DNA of 64,000 nt from Leucoraja erinacea (taxonomy: Eukaryota): contig NC_073381.1 in the NCBI RefSeq assembly GCF_028641065.1, positions 18,662,001-18,726,000 of the forward strand, in the 5' to 3' direction. Positions within the stretch are counted from its first letter, which is position 1; every line of letters starts with the position of its first letter. The notes under the pieces are model-generated. The model was not told the DNA's origin. It saw nothing but the letters and a program-made list of their open reading frames with translations, and ran no database searches. Below are positions 1 to 14,789 of this stretch, piece after piece. Made by a program: the position numbers and the translations under genes.

Positions 1-319
1 CAGTGCTTATAACATCCAGGCAAATTATAACATCAGAGCAAATTAACATGAACTAAATCAATTTTTAATTTTTCTTACAATAATTCAGCGATTGCAGTAA
101 AAATCAGATTATATACCAAGAGTCTTCCTTGTATTCAAAATGATAGGCAAGTCCATGAGGGTATTATAGATATATACAAACATTTTGAATCCGAGGTAAT
201 ATCTGAACAATCCCTCCTGATCTCTGTCAAAACTGGGCATCTCCTTTTTCTGAAACTATGCACACTCCTCTCCTCTCCCCGCAAGATACTCCACTTGGGG
301 AAACAACTTGGAATCCATC

Positions 320-950
320 TCATTGATCCCTCTCAGCATCTTATATGATCCAATTGGAGCACCTTCTATTCTTCTGAAGTCCAATAATTTATAGGCTTGA
401 CTTCTTTAACCTTTCTACATGCACACAACAACCCCTCCTTTTTAGGAATCAACTATAGTGTTGAACAGCAAATATATTATTCCTTAAACATGAACCCCAA
501 AATTGTATACAGTCTCACCAGTGCCTTTAAAGCGGCATCAATTGTCCTTATTGTTTCATTCTTTACTCTGTGCAATAAAGGTCAACAATAGTTCTCCCAA
601 TTACTTGCTGTAACTGCATACCGACTTTGTTTCATGTGCCAGGACGCTCGTTCTTTCTGAACCGCAACGCCTTGTAGTTTCATTCCACTCAAATAATAAC
701 TTGTTTTATATTTCAATGTCTATCCTTCATTTCAACGTGGATCATTTATATTCCTTTCTAGGCCCTTTGCATCCTCATCGCATCTTGTTAATCCCATCTA
801 TTTTTGTATTATCAACAAACAGGCTTTGTATTATCAGTAAATCAGCTGGTAGTACAACCTCTTCATCCTTGTCGAGAACATAGATTGTAAATAATTGATA
901 CCCCATCTCTGATCCCTATGGCACTTCACCAGTTACAGAATGCCAAAACA
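320..950 (-). mobile_element. Old, decayed CR1-type LINE fragment
   Basis: Degenerate similarity to the CR1 RT/3' region seen more intact at 16.1-18.6 kb. Boundaries approximate. Confidence 0.45.
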
Positions 951-1199
951 AAAATTATCTGAAACATGAAGTATTTGTCTTTCCATAGTTGCTGCCTGAT
1001 TTTTTGCAGAAATCACCGATTTTATTCCTTAATCCACTCTATTTGTCACACCCTTAAAGAACACTGGAAAGAAAATGAAACATTGTTTCCCTTCAAACGG
1101 AGACCAGAAAACAGGAACAGAAAAGTCCTTCAGGCCTTCCAAGCCATTCAATATGATCATGGTGATCAAAGCTCAGGCCACACAGAGGCCTCCACAAAC

Positions 1200-1255
1200 C
1201 TGCAGAGTAATGGGCGACCTAGGCGGCTTCCAGCAGACTGGCGGCGACTGTCACG

Positions 1256-1286
<31 letters not shown>

Positions 1287-1908
1287 GACACACCTTCCTT
1301 CATTCCTGAATTTTCTAAAAAATCAACACGGTGCAAGGCCAAGGTGATACAGACACACACCGCGATGAACAGGAAGGTTGGCACTGTAAAAAGACGGCTA
1401 AAGCACAGTATACGGTAAGTCCTTTAAAAGAGGGGGGGGGGGGGGGGGAAAGAGGGAAAGAAGGAGGGAGACAACTTTTAAGAAGCCAGAGATACACGGC
1501 TGTGAAGCTCGGCGCGACATTTAACATTACCGGTCGGTTATCCTTGGTTCTAAAAACTTCTGCTTACCTTTTTTACCCAATGAGCCAATGAGATTCACCA
1601 GTCAGCAGCGGCTCCAAAATCAGAACCTCAGACTTCCTGGCAACCCACTAGGACCCTGACGATCCACCTACGGCTCGAGAATTCTCGCTATTCTCCATGG
1701 CGGCTTCATTCTAGTCGCCGCTAATTTTAACATGGTGAAAAATTTGCGGCAACGATAATGAGGCCGCAAGTAGTTCCCAGAATGCGGGAACTCCCCACGA
1801 CCATGAAGGCCATACCCCGGCAACCACCCGCGAACATGTGGCGACCACGTGGTGACTGCATAGTCTCCTGCAGTCACCTAAAAAGTCGCCTAAGTGGGAC
1901 AGGCCCGT
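1200..1908. mobile_element. Truncated Harbinger-like non-autonomous element with (AGAC)n microsatellite
   Basis: Right end aagtgggacaggccc matches the TIR family at 2198 and 55297. No left TIR seen. Confidence 0.4.
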
Positions 1909-2197
1909 AAGAAATTCTGAAGACACACCATTCTCCGCAAAATGAAATTTCTTTACACCTAGTTGCATGTTCTGTTCTGGTTTCCTTGTCTGAGGGTCTA
2001 CTACTATACTGGAAAAATTAGCACCCCTTGGAGCCTCCAAGGATCTTGAATATTTTTAACATTGAATTATTCAGCAGGGAACAGCCTACGGTATCTGTGC
2101 CGAAGATGATGTCAACTTAAACTCATCTTTTCCACCTGCATGTTATCCACATTGCTCCATTATTTGCATATTCATCAGCCTGTCTAAAAGCCTCTAA

Positions 2198-2398
2198 AGG
2201 ACCTGTCCCACTTGGGCGTCACTTGCGAGTCATTCTAAAAATTGGTTGGCGCGTCGTGACACGCACATGGCGCGTGATGAGGCGTGGTGGTGTATGCAGT
2301 GACGAGCAGTAGCGCGCCGCTCCAGGATTTCGGGATGCTCAAAATCCTTGTGCGCCATCTGTGTGACACGCAAATGGCGCCCAAGTGGGACAGGCCCT
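2198..2398. mobile_element. PIF/Harbinger-like MITE
   Basis: TIRs aggacctgtcccacttgggcg / cgcccaagtgggacaggccct with TAA/TTA flanks. Confidence 0.75.
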
Positions 2399-3864
2399 TT
2401 AAACACCACTATTGTGTCTGCTTACACCACCTCCACACCCATATTCCAGGGGTGGTAGTGGCAGCAGCATCAATAGAATGTTGCCTGGACTTGCTGCAGG
2501 AAGTGATTGGACAAACATAGATTGTTTTCTCTGAAGTGTCAGAAGCTAAGGGGTGAGGTAATATAAACATAACATTATGAGAGGCATGGATTATGAGCAC
2601 ATTCAGAACCTTCCCGCCCCCCCCCCCCCCGGGTAAAAATTCCAAATAGAGGTCATGGCTTTAAGATGACAGGGGCACGATTTTCTTTTAACACAAAGAT
2701 CACTATTACGTTTGCTTCCACCACCAGCCCTCGAATATGCTGCCGGTGTGGTGGTGGTGGAAGCAGAAACAATAGTGGCGTTTAAGAGACTTTTAGAGAA
2801 GCTGATGAATAAGCAAGGAATGGAGCAATAAGGATCACACACAGAAAGGATTAGTTTAATTTGACATCATGTTTGACACAGTGAAGAAACCAGTGGAAGA
2901 ACACCCATTCCGTATCTTCCCCTGAATTCAACCACTTTCAAAAACTACTGACTGTTTCAGCAGATAGGCAAAATGTTTTAGTAATTCAGCGGGACAAGCA
3001 ACATCTCTGGAGAGGGGACTGGGTGACGTTTCGGGCAGCCTCCCCATTCCATATCTTATAGAAAGGATTCATGAATATCACAAATGAGCACACCAAATGG
3101 AGATGACAAGAGTAATTATTTTGGCACTTAAAGATGGGAATCACGTTTCATATGTAGCTGGCTTCCATTTCTGTACCTTTTTTTGGAGTTTTCACATGGA
3201 GAAGTTGTGGTTTCTGTTTCCTATGCTTTTAAACAAACTCTCTTTGCTAAGAAATCGAAGGTTTCCTGTTGTGAGACATGTGCACTGTCTAAACAACTCA
3301 TTGGATTCAGTGCTATCAATACACACTCAATATAAAACCAACTTAGTATCAATTAAAGACAAGTTAAATAGGCTGTAAAATTCCTGCTGAAGTTCATTCT
3401 TGGTGTAGACACATAAATATACACCTCCTGCTTCCCCCCCTCCCCTCATTCACAATCTGTCTGAAGAAGGGTGCCGACCTATACTCCAGAGATGTAGCCT
3501 GACCCCATTGATTTGCTCCAGTCTCTTTTTTTGTAAGCCAGCATCTACAGTTCCTTATGTCTAACACACATGTATTGCCTTGGCAAGGCTAATATATATT
3601 GCACTACTCAACCCATTCAGCACTGTAATACTTTTGCTACCAATTCAGAGCTCAAGGCATATGAGGAAGTATTTTGCCCTTTACTCAAATAGAAAAGACA
3701 ACCAGAAATAAAATCACGAAAATACTTTGCAGCTGCATAGATCTTTGGTTGAGTGTGAGCATCATTTTAATAACATTTTAACATTGCACACAGCAATCAA
3801 TTAGTTAATTCACAACAAGTAAAATACGATGGGTATTGTACATAATTCTAAACCAAGTTATCAC

Positions 3865-4026
3865 CTTTTTCCGTTCTTGCTCAATGGAACAGCCTACTGG
3901 AGTACTTCTTCCCAAGGCTACACATTGCAAGGAATCGAAGAGGGGCTTGGCTAGATGAGAATCAACTATACCCGAACAAACAAGCAGGTTTCGAATTTCG
4001 GTCAATATTTCATCCACAGAAAGGTT
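3865..4026 (-). CDS. LYST: LYST coding exon (162 bp; NLSVDEILTEIRN...LAKPLFDSLQCVALG...ERKK)
   Basis: Matches LYST NLSVESIL...LAKPLFDALLRVALG. Acceptor aacttccAG, donor GTGATA, phase 0/0. The next exon was not found in 1-3864, so the gene continues outside the window. Confidence 0.93.
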
Positions 4027-4755
4027 CTGGAAGTTAAGAAATAAAAATGTAAATTTCAAAAACAACATCCTGTAATTCTCATTCTAAACCTCTCTACTTT
4101 CTTTGATATGCTGCTTAAAACAAGCAGGTTTTGAGGAGGCAGCCTTTGAAAGCCAGGACCGTGGCCAAGGAAGATAGGCACAGGGACAATTCTAAACAAA
4201 AATGATTAAGGAAATGAAATAGAACTTATTAGTGTTAGCACTTGGAGCAGATTCATAAAACACAGTAATCAAAAGTATAAAAGGTTTAATCGATTAGTTT
4301 TACATCTTCCATGAACATACATTTTTGATTGCACAATAACAACAATCAAAATTGTATGTTGATTTATCGTCTATAGTGGATTGTGTTTAAGTTGAATTGA
4401 TGGTCATGAGAGTCCAGTGCAAAAAAAAGGTGCAACACTGGCAACCTTTTGACTCTTTTCCCTGGGCTTCTGGACACTACACAAAGTGCGAAAAGAAACA
4501 AAATTAACTTCTCTATTTTACATGGTATATAACCAAGAGGATAGATAACAAGTGACCATCTTCCAGGTCTTAACAAAACTCAACATTTGTTAAGAATTGC
4601 ATTTGTGAACCAGAATTGATCCCACTACCATAATTACTATCATGAGGCAACAAGATAGGAGAACAGAATTGTAGAGTAGAAATTACTGCACTATGTTGCA
4701 TTTTGCACTATGTATCATGCCACTAGGAATCTAGACACATTAATGAAAAGTGTAC

Positions 4756-5761
4756 CTGTGGAGAATGCTCCGAATCTGTTCTCCCAGAAGGATCAGAAGC
4801 GTGTAAACAGATGGCCAACAAAGCTTCCAGCAGCCTGATGCTCTGCAACGCCCATTCCTCCTCTGTTCTAGTTTGCTCTTGCTCCACAAATTCCCAATCT
4901 TCTTCACCTTCTATGGAAATACCCTGCTCGTCTAATTGATCTGCTGATTCTTGAACAACTTCACGGTCTGGTTGAGTTGATTCTTCATCATTGTTGACAT
5001 ATGATTCGCCTTGTTCAGCTATTGGATTTGATGATGAATGCAAAGAAATTTCTACTTCCTCTGGATTATCACACTGAGTTAATGTTCTTTCTTTATTTTC
5101 TTTTGCACTGTCTATAATTATTTTGGATATCCTCTGAATGATGATTGTCAGTAATCTACGACAGGCCTCCAGACCACCTAGTTTATGGAACTGTTTTTGG
5201 AACACTATATTTTTCAAGTAGATTGAACGACAAACAGACCACACATCTGCTGCCCGTCTGATCTGCTCGTTTGAAGGTAAAACAACACTGTCTGGTGATA
5301 AGTGAGGAAGCATATTATCCAGAGCTTCACTGGCAGAGCTATCATAGCCTGAGGTATCTTCAGAATCATTAACCGAGTCACGATCAGATTCAGGCTCTTG
5401 ACTGATGCACATAAATGCCACGCAGAGAAACAGGTTTATAACATTTAGGTGGATGTCTATATTTCTAGCTTTCTTCTTCCTGGGCTGTGATTCTTTCAGA
5501 ACTGCATAAAACCTACTTAAACTGTGCTGCATTTCATTTTTATGTAGTGCAGTATGTTGGGGACTTGCAGTGTCACTGGGATTCAGAGCAGAGTACTCTG
5601 CATTTGTTTCTTCATCCAGTTCTCCATTTGTATGTTGATCTCCAAGACACAGGATTAAAGTTTCAAAAACCATCAGTGCACTTGATCTAACACAGTCTAG
5701 ATAAATGAGTTCTGTCATTTGATTTAATCCGTTGCAGCTCAAAAAGAGACTTCTGACTAGC
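4756..5761 (-). CDS. LYST: LYST coding exon (1006 bp)
   Basis: Motifs LFLSCNG, INLFLCVAF, DSEDTSGYDS and LQSIRLLEALLAICLH. Acceptor tgttttgcAG, donor GTACAC. Phase 2 in, phase 0 out. Confidence 0.96.
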
Positions 5762-7496
5762 CTGCAAAACAAACATACACATTTTCTTTGTGCAAAACAG
5801 ACATGATAATTAGAAATATGCATTGATGTGCAATATTTCATGTAGAAATCTAAAATTCTTGAAATTCTTTGCAGGTTCAACTGCTGCTAAAAGCAGAAGT
5901 ACATTTGCTTTTTTGAACAGTATGAACATGTCTGACAGAGTTAACTGCTAATTATGTCTCATTCTTTTGGGTGTACTGTCATATTTCTATAACAAGTCAT
6001 TAAACAGAATTATCTCATCTGGGTGAACCATATGAACCACTTAAACATTGACGAGTGTAAATTGTATTAAACTATTATTGTTATTATATCGTTTGACATC
6101 ACATATGTGAAACTAAATAACTTCCAAGAAGGGCCAATCCATGCAATTTGAAACAATATGCCCTCAGAATCTCTTACTCCTATTAAGGATGGGAAGTGAG
6201 GAGGAACAGGATTAGTAGACAAGAGGGAGAGGGAAATCTTTCCAGAAGAAGAATCTGAATCAGATGTCTAAGCCCAGTTCCTTTAATTAATTTTGTTTTT
6301 TTCCCCATCACCCACTTGCCATCTGCTTTAGGATTAGGAAAACTGTGCTTAAACTGCATAGATGGAAACTTGGAAGCTGGGCAGATGGCAACGGTTTATT
6401 CTGGGTTGGCATCACTGGTAAGGTTTGGATCTGATTGCATGCTTACTCAGACCTTTCACATCACTTTGAAATTTATTCTAGTTTACCTCACAACAGTTTG
6501 GTCACCAAGTAATGAGTGAACTCTTATCAAACCAAAACAAGAACGACTTCAAGCATCCCTGTTTTTGCTGTATCGATAAAAGATTAACTCATTGTGCAAG
6601 CATAGCAGTACTTGTAACAAAGCTTTCAATTTATTAATAGACTATGTACACCGTGCAGAAATGGTACATCAATGGAAATCATGGACTATATATTTTATAT
6701 ATCCCAGCTATGTAAAAAAAAATCCAATGATTGTAGGACGTTACTGATGGCCAAAGGTATTTAAATTCTATGATGGTTTTAAATCTTTAATGGTAACAAT
6801 GGCAAAACATTTTCTTCGAAACTATTCAAATTTAAATCAAAGTGGTTTCTTTGTACCACTCAAAAATGGTATTTTATCTGGTTTAGCTGTGTGATTAAGA
6901 CATCGTTAACTATAATTAATCACAATTATCTTTTTTTGACTGTTTGAAAGCTTATTTTACTACTTTTCACAAGATCTATCTTACTCGCCACAGTGAAACA
7001 ATAATTTCTTTCAATCTGCAGCCTCAATACTTTGTACACTCGAGATCATGGGTAGCAAGAGTTTATATTCTTGTGAAATTTCATTCAAATATGCCTGGTC
7101 ATGAATACCAAAGGAAAAATAGAATAAAAATTGTACACCATTCCACAATGGAAACTCAAAATGAGTCGTCTTTGTTTCAGATTCTCAGTATCTGAAATCT
7201 AACTCCAATTCCATACTAACATGAAATATTACAGTACGTAGATAAAATTGATCCTAAAACTAAATGTATATCTTCAACTATGCAATTGAAAATTTGGAAT
7301 TATTATAAGTAATCAATGCTATTTTCAGGAATGATTCCCTGCATTTAGTTTTAGTATAGCATGCACTCAAACCAAATACAACAGAACATTTGAAGTCTAC
7401 ATGTTTTTCATGGTACCTTTGCTCCCCAAGTGGATCTAAATTAGAAAGGAAAACACAAGGTTTTCTTTTTTTTAAAAACAGAATTGAACAATTGGC

Positions 7497-7625
7497 ACAA
7501 TTGGCGGCAGCACAGTGGCGCAGATTGTAGAGCTGCGCCAGAGACCTGGGTTCCAACCTGACCTCAGATGCAGTCGGTGTAGAGTTTGCTCATTCTCTCT
7601 GTGACCACATGGGTTTCCTCTGTGC
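7497..7625 (+). mobile_element. tRNA-derived SINE (HE1/V-SINE-like), 5' part
   Basis: A-box tggcgcagat, B-box-like ggttccaacc and body gtagagtttgc...gggtttcctc, shared with other copies in the window. Confidence 0.6.
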
Positions 7626-8474
7626 TAGAGGTCAGAATGAATCACGACCTGGAAGAAACGTTTGCAAGGACCAAAAAGCTGAACGAGACTAAAAAGACAA
7701 ATTGAAGCAACCCAACATAAAACCTAGAACTGTTCCATGTTTGCAAGTTAATTCCAACGTGTCAAAGTAACGATTGCAGACCGATACTGCTGGAGGTTGC
7801 TGTACGAATGTCATCCTTCTGGTGCTACCATACTGTTTCCACTACTGCAATAATACACCATCTGCAAAGTAACAAATAACAGCCAAGTTTTGGCTACAGC
7901 TGAATAGTACCATTAGTATTATTTTCCATGTTGCCTTGAGCATGTAGATGACATTGAACTGCTGACCCTATATCTTAATTTCATTTTCTATGTTCTTACT
8001 ACTTGCATCAAATCTAACATAAACATTTGATTTTATTACTATTGTTGCAGTAAAGCTGGAAACACAACTTCCAAACAAAACAATTCTATTGACAGCTATG
8101 GCAAGGTAACTAGATAATCTGTTTTAAATTGTGATTCAGAGACAAATGTTGACCAAAATACCAAACCCCCCTGTCCTTCAAAGAGGAGTGTCTTACATTC
8201 ACCTGTCAAGCCAGATGAGGTCTCAGTTGAATGTTATCTGAAAGCCGGCACATTAGTAACATCCTCAGCTGCAGGAGAATGTCAGCTTAACATTTGAGTA
8301 TGGACTGGACACCTGCTTCAGAAACAAAAGTGCGGCCTCTGAGCCAGGGTGTTTTATTTTAAACTGATAACATCAGTAGTTTGCCATAAACCTACACATA
8401 CTTTAGTTACAACCTACATCATACTCAAAGTGAAGTCAGTATCATAGTAAACCAGGAAAAAAAGCTTTACTCAC

Positions 8475-10542
8475 TTGGATTGAAAGAGTGAAGGCAATGT
8501 GTGCAGGTGAAGTTGAAGAACATCACGAGACAAATATTTGATGTGGTGATTATAAGCTTGGGTACAGGATGTTGTTACTCTTAGCTGCTGTCCATGGTGA
8601 GACAACTCCACTCCCTTTTGAAGCACACTGTTAATGACGTGAGTGTAAAGTTGCCATTTAACCACAGCATTGCCTTTTTGGATTAGGTAGCATATATGAC
8701 TGGCAACCTGCAAACTCAGCTGTGCATCTTCAATGAAGAGAAGATCTTGGTAAGCTTCCAAAGCTTCCCAACTCCACAACATGTCTCGGGACCCTCTGCT
8801 TGGTAAAATACCATCTGATCGGAAATTGGGATTGGAAAGACTGGAGGAGGAACCAATGCCTATGATACCTTCATGTAGACCCTCTGCAATATCAGGTGCC
8901 TGACTACTGTCGACTGTGCAAATATTACAGCTTGCACGTTTCATTTTTACTGAAATTTCCCCACCTCCAAGCTGCTCAAGGATAAATTTACTCAGAATAT
9001 TCAAGATATGCACGTGACTGTTTTTTAAAGATTGTGATTTCATGGCATAAAGCATGGGGGCAATGACAGATCTTGGGTCCATGCAACAGCAAATTCCCAC
9101 AGAATGCACACCTGATAAAATTTGCACACAAGTGCTAGTTAAGCTGACTTCTTGCAGCAAACGCAGACACTGGTGGGCGCACACTGCAATACAGCAGCAA
9201 CGATTGGGATAGCAGATTTCACCATCCAATGCAGTGTCAAAAGGATTTTTTGACTGCTGGGTTTTGAATGCTGCAACAGGGAGACCAGACAGATCTCTGT
9301 GATGGTGCATGAATTGAGAATATTCACATCGTCTGTGTCTCTTGCGTGTACAAACAGACTGATGGAGTTGTTCTGATTTCACTTTCTTGACAATGCTGAT
9401 TATTTTCATAACATTACCAATCAGCGATTTGATGTGCTCTGCTGCCTCTTTAGACTGGGGTTCATTTTTTGTAATCAACGTTTCCATCTCAAGCACTGTA
9501 CTTTCAAATAATTCAAAGCCATGATGCTGTGTAAACTCATGGACCAGGTCCATGGCCTGACTGAAGAAGAAAGGATTGTTGGAAGCTGACTGCAGGGTAC
9601 AAAGGAGAATTTGCAAAACTACTTCGAGTAACTCGGGTAGCAGCAGCAATTTATGATGAGAAGATGAGAAAGAAATATCTTTGCTGAGCTCTTGCAGTGT
9701 CTTCTTTGGCTGTGGAACAAAAGGATCTGGACGCTTTTCAATGCAATTCCTAATCTTCAATGTTGTCCTCAGCAAGTCTACAATATTTCGTCGAAGTGTA
9801 TCGGGCATGTTACTTCTACAATTTATTTCAACTGACATCAAGTGCAAGACAGTTCTTAAAAGCATTCTTTGAACCAGGGCTGCTGGTTCTGTTGTCCATC
9901 CTGTAGCAAATTCCTCAGCTTCAGATATGTTACTATTGCAGCAGTTCCCAAACCTTGCCAAAAATTCAGTTAATGTGGGAACTACACTAGCTGCTAAAGC
10001 TGGATTGTGATTTAAGGCCATGTCAAACTTGCAAACTTTTTCTAACAGAGACAATAAAATGTGACAAAGATCAAATGGAGTATTTGCTACCCTACTTAAA
10101 ATGGAAGGCTCCATGTCTACTTCTTCCAAAATGGCAGCACATTCTAAACTTGGGCTATCCTGTGTTACTTCACTGACTCGCAAAGATGGGAGCAGACAGC
10201 TTCTGGGGGAACTGTAGTCCTCTCTTGGCTGATGAGTTACAAAAGGCTGCAAAGTCTGCTGCCGTCTTTGTCTGATGATGACTGAATTGTCATCACCCAA
10301 ACTAGTGTCGGAATCAGATGTAGAAAGCGGAACTTTTCTTGCATCCCTCGAAGCATGGCACTGAGCATTTCTACGTTGTCGCCTAGTCTTCCAGTTGCTG
10401 GTGCTGCATCTTGATGGTACCTGAGCATATAAAACTAAGCTTCCATCTGCTGTGTGACTTGTTTTTTCCTGAGAAGATTTGGATGCAGAATATTTGGTCT
10501 CTTTGGTAAACAAAAAATCTTCAAGTGCAGATAGATTATAAT
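8475..10542 (-). CDS. LYST: LYST large coding exon (2068 bp)
   Basis: Contains LYST motifs PFDLCHILLSLLEKVCKFD, CTRKRHRRCEYSQFMHHHRDLSG and RCCCIAVCAHQCLRLLQ. Acceptor tatttttcAG, donor GTGAGT. Phase 1 in, phase 2 out. Confidence 0.97.
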
Positions 10543-11559
10543 CTGAAAAATAAAATAAAAAGTTAGGGTATAAAATGGTGTAATACAACATCTAGATATC
10601 AAGAAAAGCACAAAAAAACAAACGTGAGGGGACATGCTTCAAAACGATGCAATTTTGTGTAATTGTACAATTCCATTACTATATGCAGCTTGCAAGCAAC
10701 CATGACTATGACTTTTACATGTTGGTAGTAATTAGTCATTATAATGAATCAGTTCATACTTCCACATTAAAGTAATGAAGTTGCTGAGCTATGACAGGTT
10801 CCTTTCCGTGCCATATGCAGCAACAAACATATATTTTAGTGGGTAAAGTTGCACTGATAATCATCAATTCTCCTCAAGATTAAAGTAACCTCTGACCCAT
10901 TATTTGTAGCCTTGTACATTTTAATATTTTGTTTACTGCATTACTTTGAATGATCTTTTATGGTCATCCCTACTACCAAAATAGTTGCACGGTGCATTTT
11001 TCATAAATATCTGAAAGAATATCATGAAAAATATATAATGCCATGATTTATCTAGGTAAGCAGAGCAGTTATTATGTATAAAGCAAGATCTCACAAATAG
11101 GTGATAACTGTATGAGCCATTGTCTTTTCCAATAACGTTGAATGTCATTTATTGGCATTTTGGCTACAACCTGAAAAATTGTACTCAAAAAAGGCAACTA
11201 TATATTTTTAATAGTTACCTGCAGGGAAAATGCATCCAATGTGTCTCGTTGAATGACAGCTTTTCAAAACAGAAGATCCCTTGGTATGTTTTGAATTCTT
11301 ACCTTCACTGGCCTCATGCTATAATTGTCTATGGTGTTTCTTCAGTTGCCTCTCCCTTCTAAACCTCCTAAAAGGCCACAGCTTTGATCAAGCTGGACTG
11401 TGTTATATATCCTTCTTTTCCCCGGGATTCAAAGGTTACAAAAATATCTGGAGCAGAAACTGAACTTCCCTTTTTGGATTTAATCCTTTCAAGCCTACAA
11501 ACCATTTGGTCAAATTAAGCTATCTATGACATCTATGACAGCTGCAGCTCCATCCTTAT

Positions 11560-12030
11560 GAAATGATCACAAAAACATTTTAGCACCATTCTTTAGTAAA
11601 TGTGGTTTCCCTCTTCTGTCATAGATGGATCCTGCACTAGCGTCCCGTAATTGTGCTGTTGCTCCCCCTCCGCCCAAACGGAACAAGGACCGAGTTACCT
11701 TGGTCCACACCTTTCACCCCACCAGCCTCCACATTAAACATATTATGCTCCGACTGTCCTGTCACCTCCAATGTGATCCCACCACTAGTCACATCTTCCC
11801 ATCGCAACCCCTTTCCGCATTCGGCAGAGACCACTCCTCCGCAATCCTTGGTTCACTTGTCGCTTTCCACACAAACTACCCCTCCACAGGAACTTTCCCC
11901 TGCAACCACAGGAGATGCAACACCTCTCCTGATACCTCCTCCCTCAACTCCACCCAGAGTCCACGTCAGTCCGTCAGGTGAGGCAGAGGTTTACTTGCAC
12001 CTCTTCCAACCTCATCCACTGTATCCAGTG
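11560..12030 (+). mobile_element. Penelope-like element fragment (zinc-knuckle linker before GIY-YIG)
   Basis: Translates to LVHTFHPTSLHIKH...GTFPCNHRRCNT. Homologous copies at 32.4 kb and 50.1 kb. Confidence 0.7.
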
Positions 12031-12644
12031 CGCTTTTCACGTCTGACCCATTTTAACTGTTGCTGATTTGAAATTAAAATATTTTTGCAGCATTACTGCA
12101 CTAACTTTGTAAATATAAGTAATTAAATAAACCTGGAATTTAAAAAAGTTAATACCAGTAATGGCAACCATGAAACCACCAAATTATGGTGGAATAAATA
12201 TGGCTCATTCGATGACATTAAGATATGGGATAAGAAATTATCCCATGCCACATATCTGGCAATGACCAATTTCAACAACAAACTCTAACCGCCTCTTCTT
12301 GACATTCAATATTATTACTATAACCAAGTACCGCACATCAATATCTTCAGTATCCTAAACAGAATCTCAGCAGGACAAGCACATAAATATTGTGGTTATA
12401 AGTTACAGAAACTACATATCCTGCAGCATGGCTCAATGCCAGACACAATAAATCCTTTCCACATCTACATGGCAGAAGTCTGTAGTGAGATGGAATGCTC
12501 TATACTTGCCTGAATGATTACAGCCCCATCAACGCGAGAAGCTTGGCACCTTAGACATTCACTCACTCCGCCTTCAGAGCACTTATGGCTGTCACATATA
12601 CCATCTGCAAAATACACTTCACTCCCACATATCTACTTTTAACA

Positions 12645-13132
12645 CCGCTGCTCTAGATGTCAGCTGATTTACATTAGGGAGACTAAGCGGAGGTTGGGCG
12701 ATCGTTTCGCCGAACACCTCCGCTCAGTCCGCAATAACCTACCTGAACGCCCGGTGGCTCAGCACTTCAACTCCCCCTCCCATTCCCAATCCGATCTTTC
12801 TGTCCTGGGTCTCCTCCATTGCCAGAGTGAGCAACACCGGAAATTGGAGGAACAGCACCTCATATTACGCCTGGGCAGCTTGCGTCCGGATGGCATGAAC
12901 GTTGAATTCTCCCAGTTTTGCTAGCCCTTGCTGTCTCCTCCCCTTCCTTCACCCTCGAGCTGTCTCCTCCCATCCCCCCGCCCTCGGGCTCCTCCTCCTC
13001 CCTTTCTCCTTCCTTCTCCCCCCCACCCCCCATCAGTCTGAAGAAGGGTTTCGGCCCAAAACGTCGTCTATTTCCTTCGCTCCATAGATGCTGCTGCAGC
13101 CGCTGAGTTTCTCCAGCATTTTTGTGTACCTT
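12645..13132 (+). mobile_element. Penelope-like element 3' end (GIY-YIG endonuclease plus hammerhead-bearing tail)
   Basis: Reads LIYIRETKRRLGDRFAEHLRSV...HFN...EEQHLILRLGSLRPDGMNVEFS. The tail gtctgaagaagggtttcggccc follows. Confidence 0.8.
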
Positions 13133-13939
13133 CTACTTTTAACACACTTGGAAACAACTTCTCCTCCAAATTGCACCTCACTCTGAATATCATCATTTCT
13201 TCTTTGTTTTTACACCTAAGTCCTGAAACTCCCTAATCAACACTGTGAGAATATTTCCACTACAAAGACTGGCGGTTCAAGAGTTTGCCACAACCTTCAA
13301 AAGAACTGTGGATGTGCAATAAATACTCAGATACCCTTAAATGAACAGAGTAATTTGGGAATAGAATCTACCATGTTTACTGTTTGTATAATTAACTCTT
13401 AATGCCCCCTGAAATTGTTACTCAGTTCTAAGACAATTAGGTGTGTGCAATACATTTTAGACCGGTCACAGTAGTTCCATCCAAGAATGAATAAAAAAAA
13501 CACTCAAGATAATTATTCTGCTGAATAATTGCTGCGTACTCAGTTGTAAGAAAATTAGAACACGTAGAAGATTAAATTTATGGCTTTAATCGCACCATAA
13601 TCTTACTGACGACTGCTACAAGAATCATTCAATCAGGATGGTTAAGACGATTTCGCATTCAAGGGACAAATTTCACAATGCCAAATCAAGGTTAAAAATC
13701 ATTGTATCCTACAGCTCATTGAAAATAATGTTTTGATCCCTGACTTAGCCTGTTGTCTTTGCGTGATACCGAAACCCCTCCTTTTCCTGTATCCTACTCG
13801 AGAGTTGAAAGAGTCAGGGGTATTTAATTGTCAAGTGTACCAAAACAGAACGATGAATTTCTTACTTGCAGCACCACAAGTTCGTACTCAATAGCTAACA
13901 TAATAAACTAAAAAAGTTAAATAAATAAAAAACACAATA

Positions 13940-14732
13940 CAAACATTCCCTGACTTACGCAAGGGTTATGTTCTGAAAAACCTTACGTAAATCAGATTTA
14001 ACATAAGTTGGTATCACCTTATAACTAGGCAGATACAAAGAACTGCAGATGCTGGTTAATGAATTACTCCAGTACTTTGTGTAGTTTCACCTTAAAATTA
14101 GGCACTGATGCTGCTTGTCTGCACCAGCAAACCCTTCTTCGGCAGCTGCCGCACCATTGACGCAGCTGTTGTTGCAGCTCACGTTGTAGCCCCTGGCAAA
14201 GAGCGCTTTCTTCAGGCCGCCACTATCGACAAGATGTGCTCAGTCACCGTGGCGCTCCTTCCCCTCTCACCAGCTGCTGCTTCTTCCTGTCGGCCATCAC
14301 TTTGTCCGTTTTGTCGCTCCCTCCTCCAGGTGGAAGGAAGTGGAGGAGGCAGCGGTGGAGAGGGAGAGGCAGAGTGGACAAACTATGGGAGAGGGAACAG
14401 GCGGAGGCGGTGCTGGGGGGAGCAGCGGAGTGGAGAAGGCGACGGTCAACAGAAAGAAGTGAGAGGTGAGAAAGCCCCATGGTGGCCGAGCAAGCGCCTG
14501 AAGAAAGCACTGTCGGCCACCGCCTCCCTCATCCTCGCCTGCCTTCATAGTATTGCACTGACAATGGTTGAAACTGGAAGAGCAGCGAGCCTGGGCGACA
14601 TTTTTATATCTACGAAATGGACGGTAAGCTCTCCAATTGCAATAACACAGGAAATGGGCTCACCTATTGTGAATTTTTTATACAAGTGCAAGTTTATGTA
14701 ACTCGCCTATTACGCAAGCCATGGAGTGCTTG
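13940..14732. mobile_element. Tigger/pogo-like non-autonomous DNA transposon (degenerate)
   Basis: TA followed by caaacattccctgacttacg, and a degenerate inverse cgcaagccatggagtgcttg. GC-rich filler between. Confidence 0.45.
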
Positions 14733-14789
14733 CATAGTGCAAAACTATAAAACAAAAGCCCCAAATGCCTAGTACAGCTAAGGCAGTTT

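Noticed and set aside
1-3860. Next LYST exon (expected GYEADSESNPED-like motif)
   Set aside because: Not found on the minus strand; it presumably lies beyond the window start.
7724-7861. Possible poison exon in a LYST intron (acceptor tttgttactttgcAG)
   Set aside because: Weak donor (GTTTTA) and no other support.
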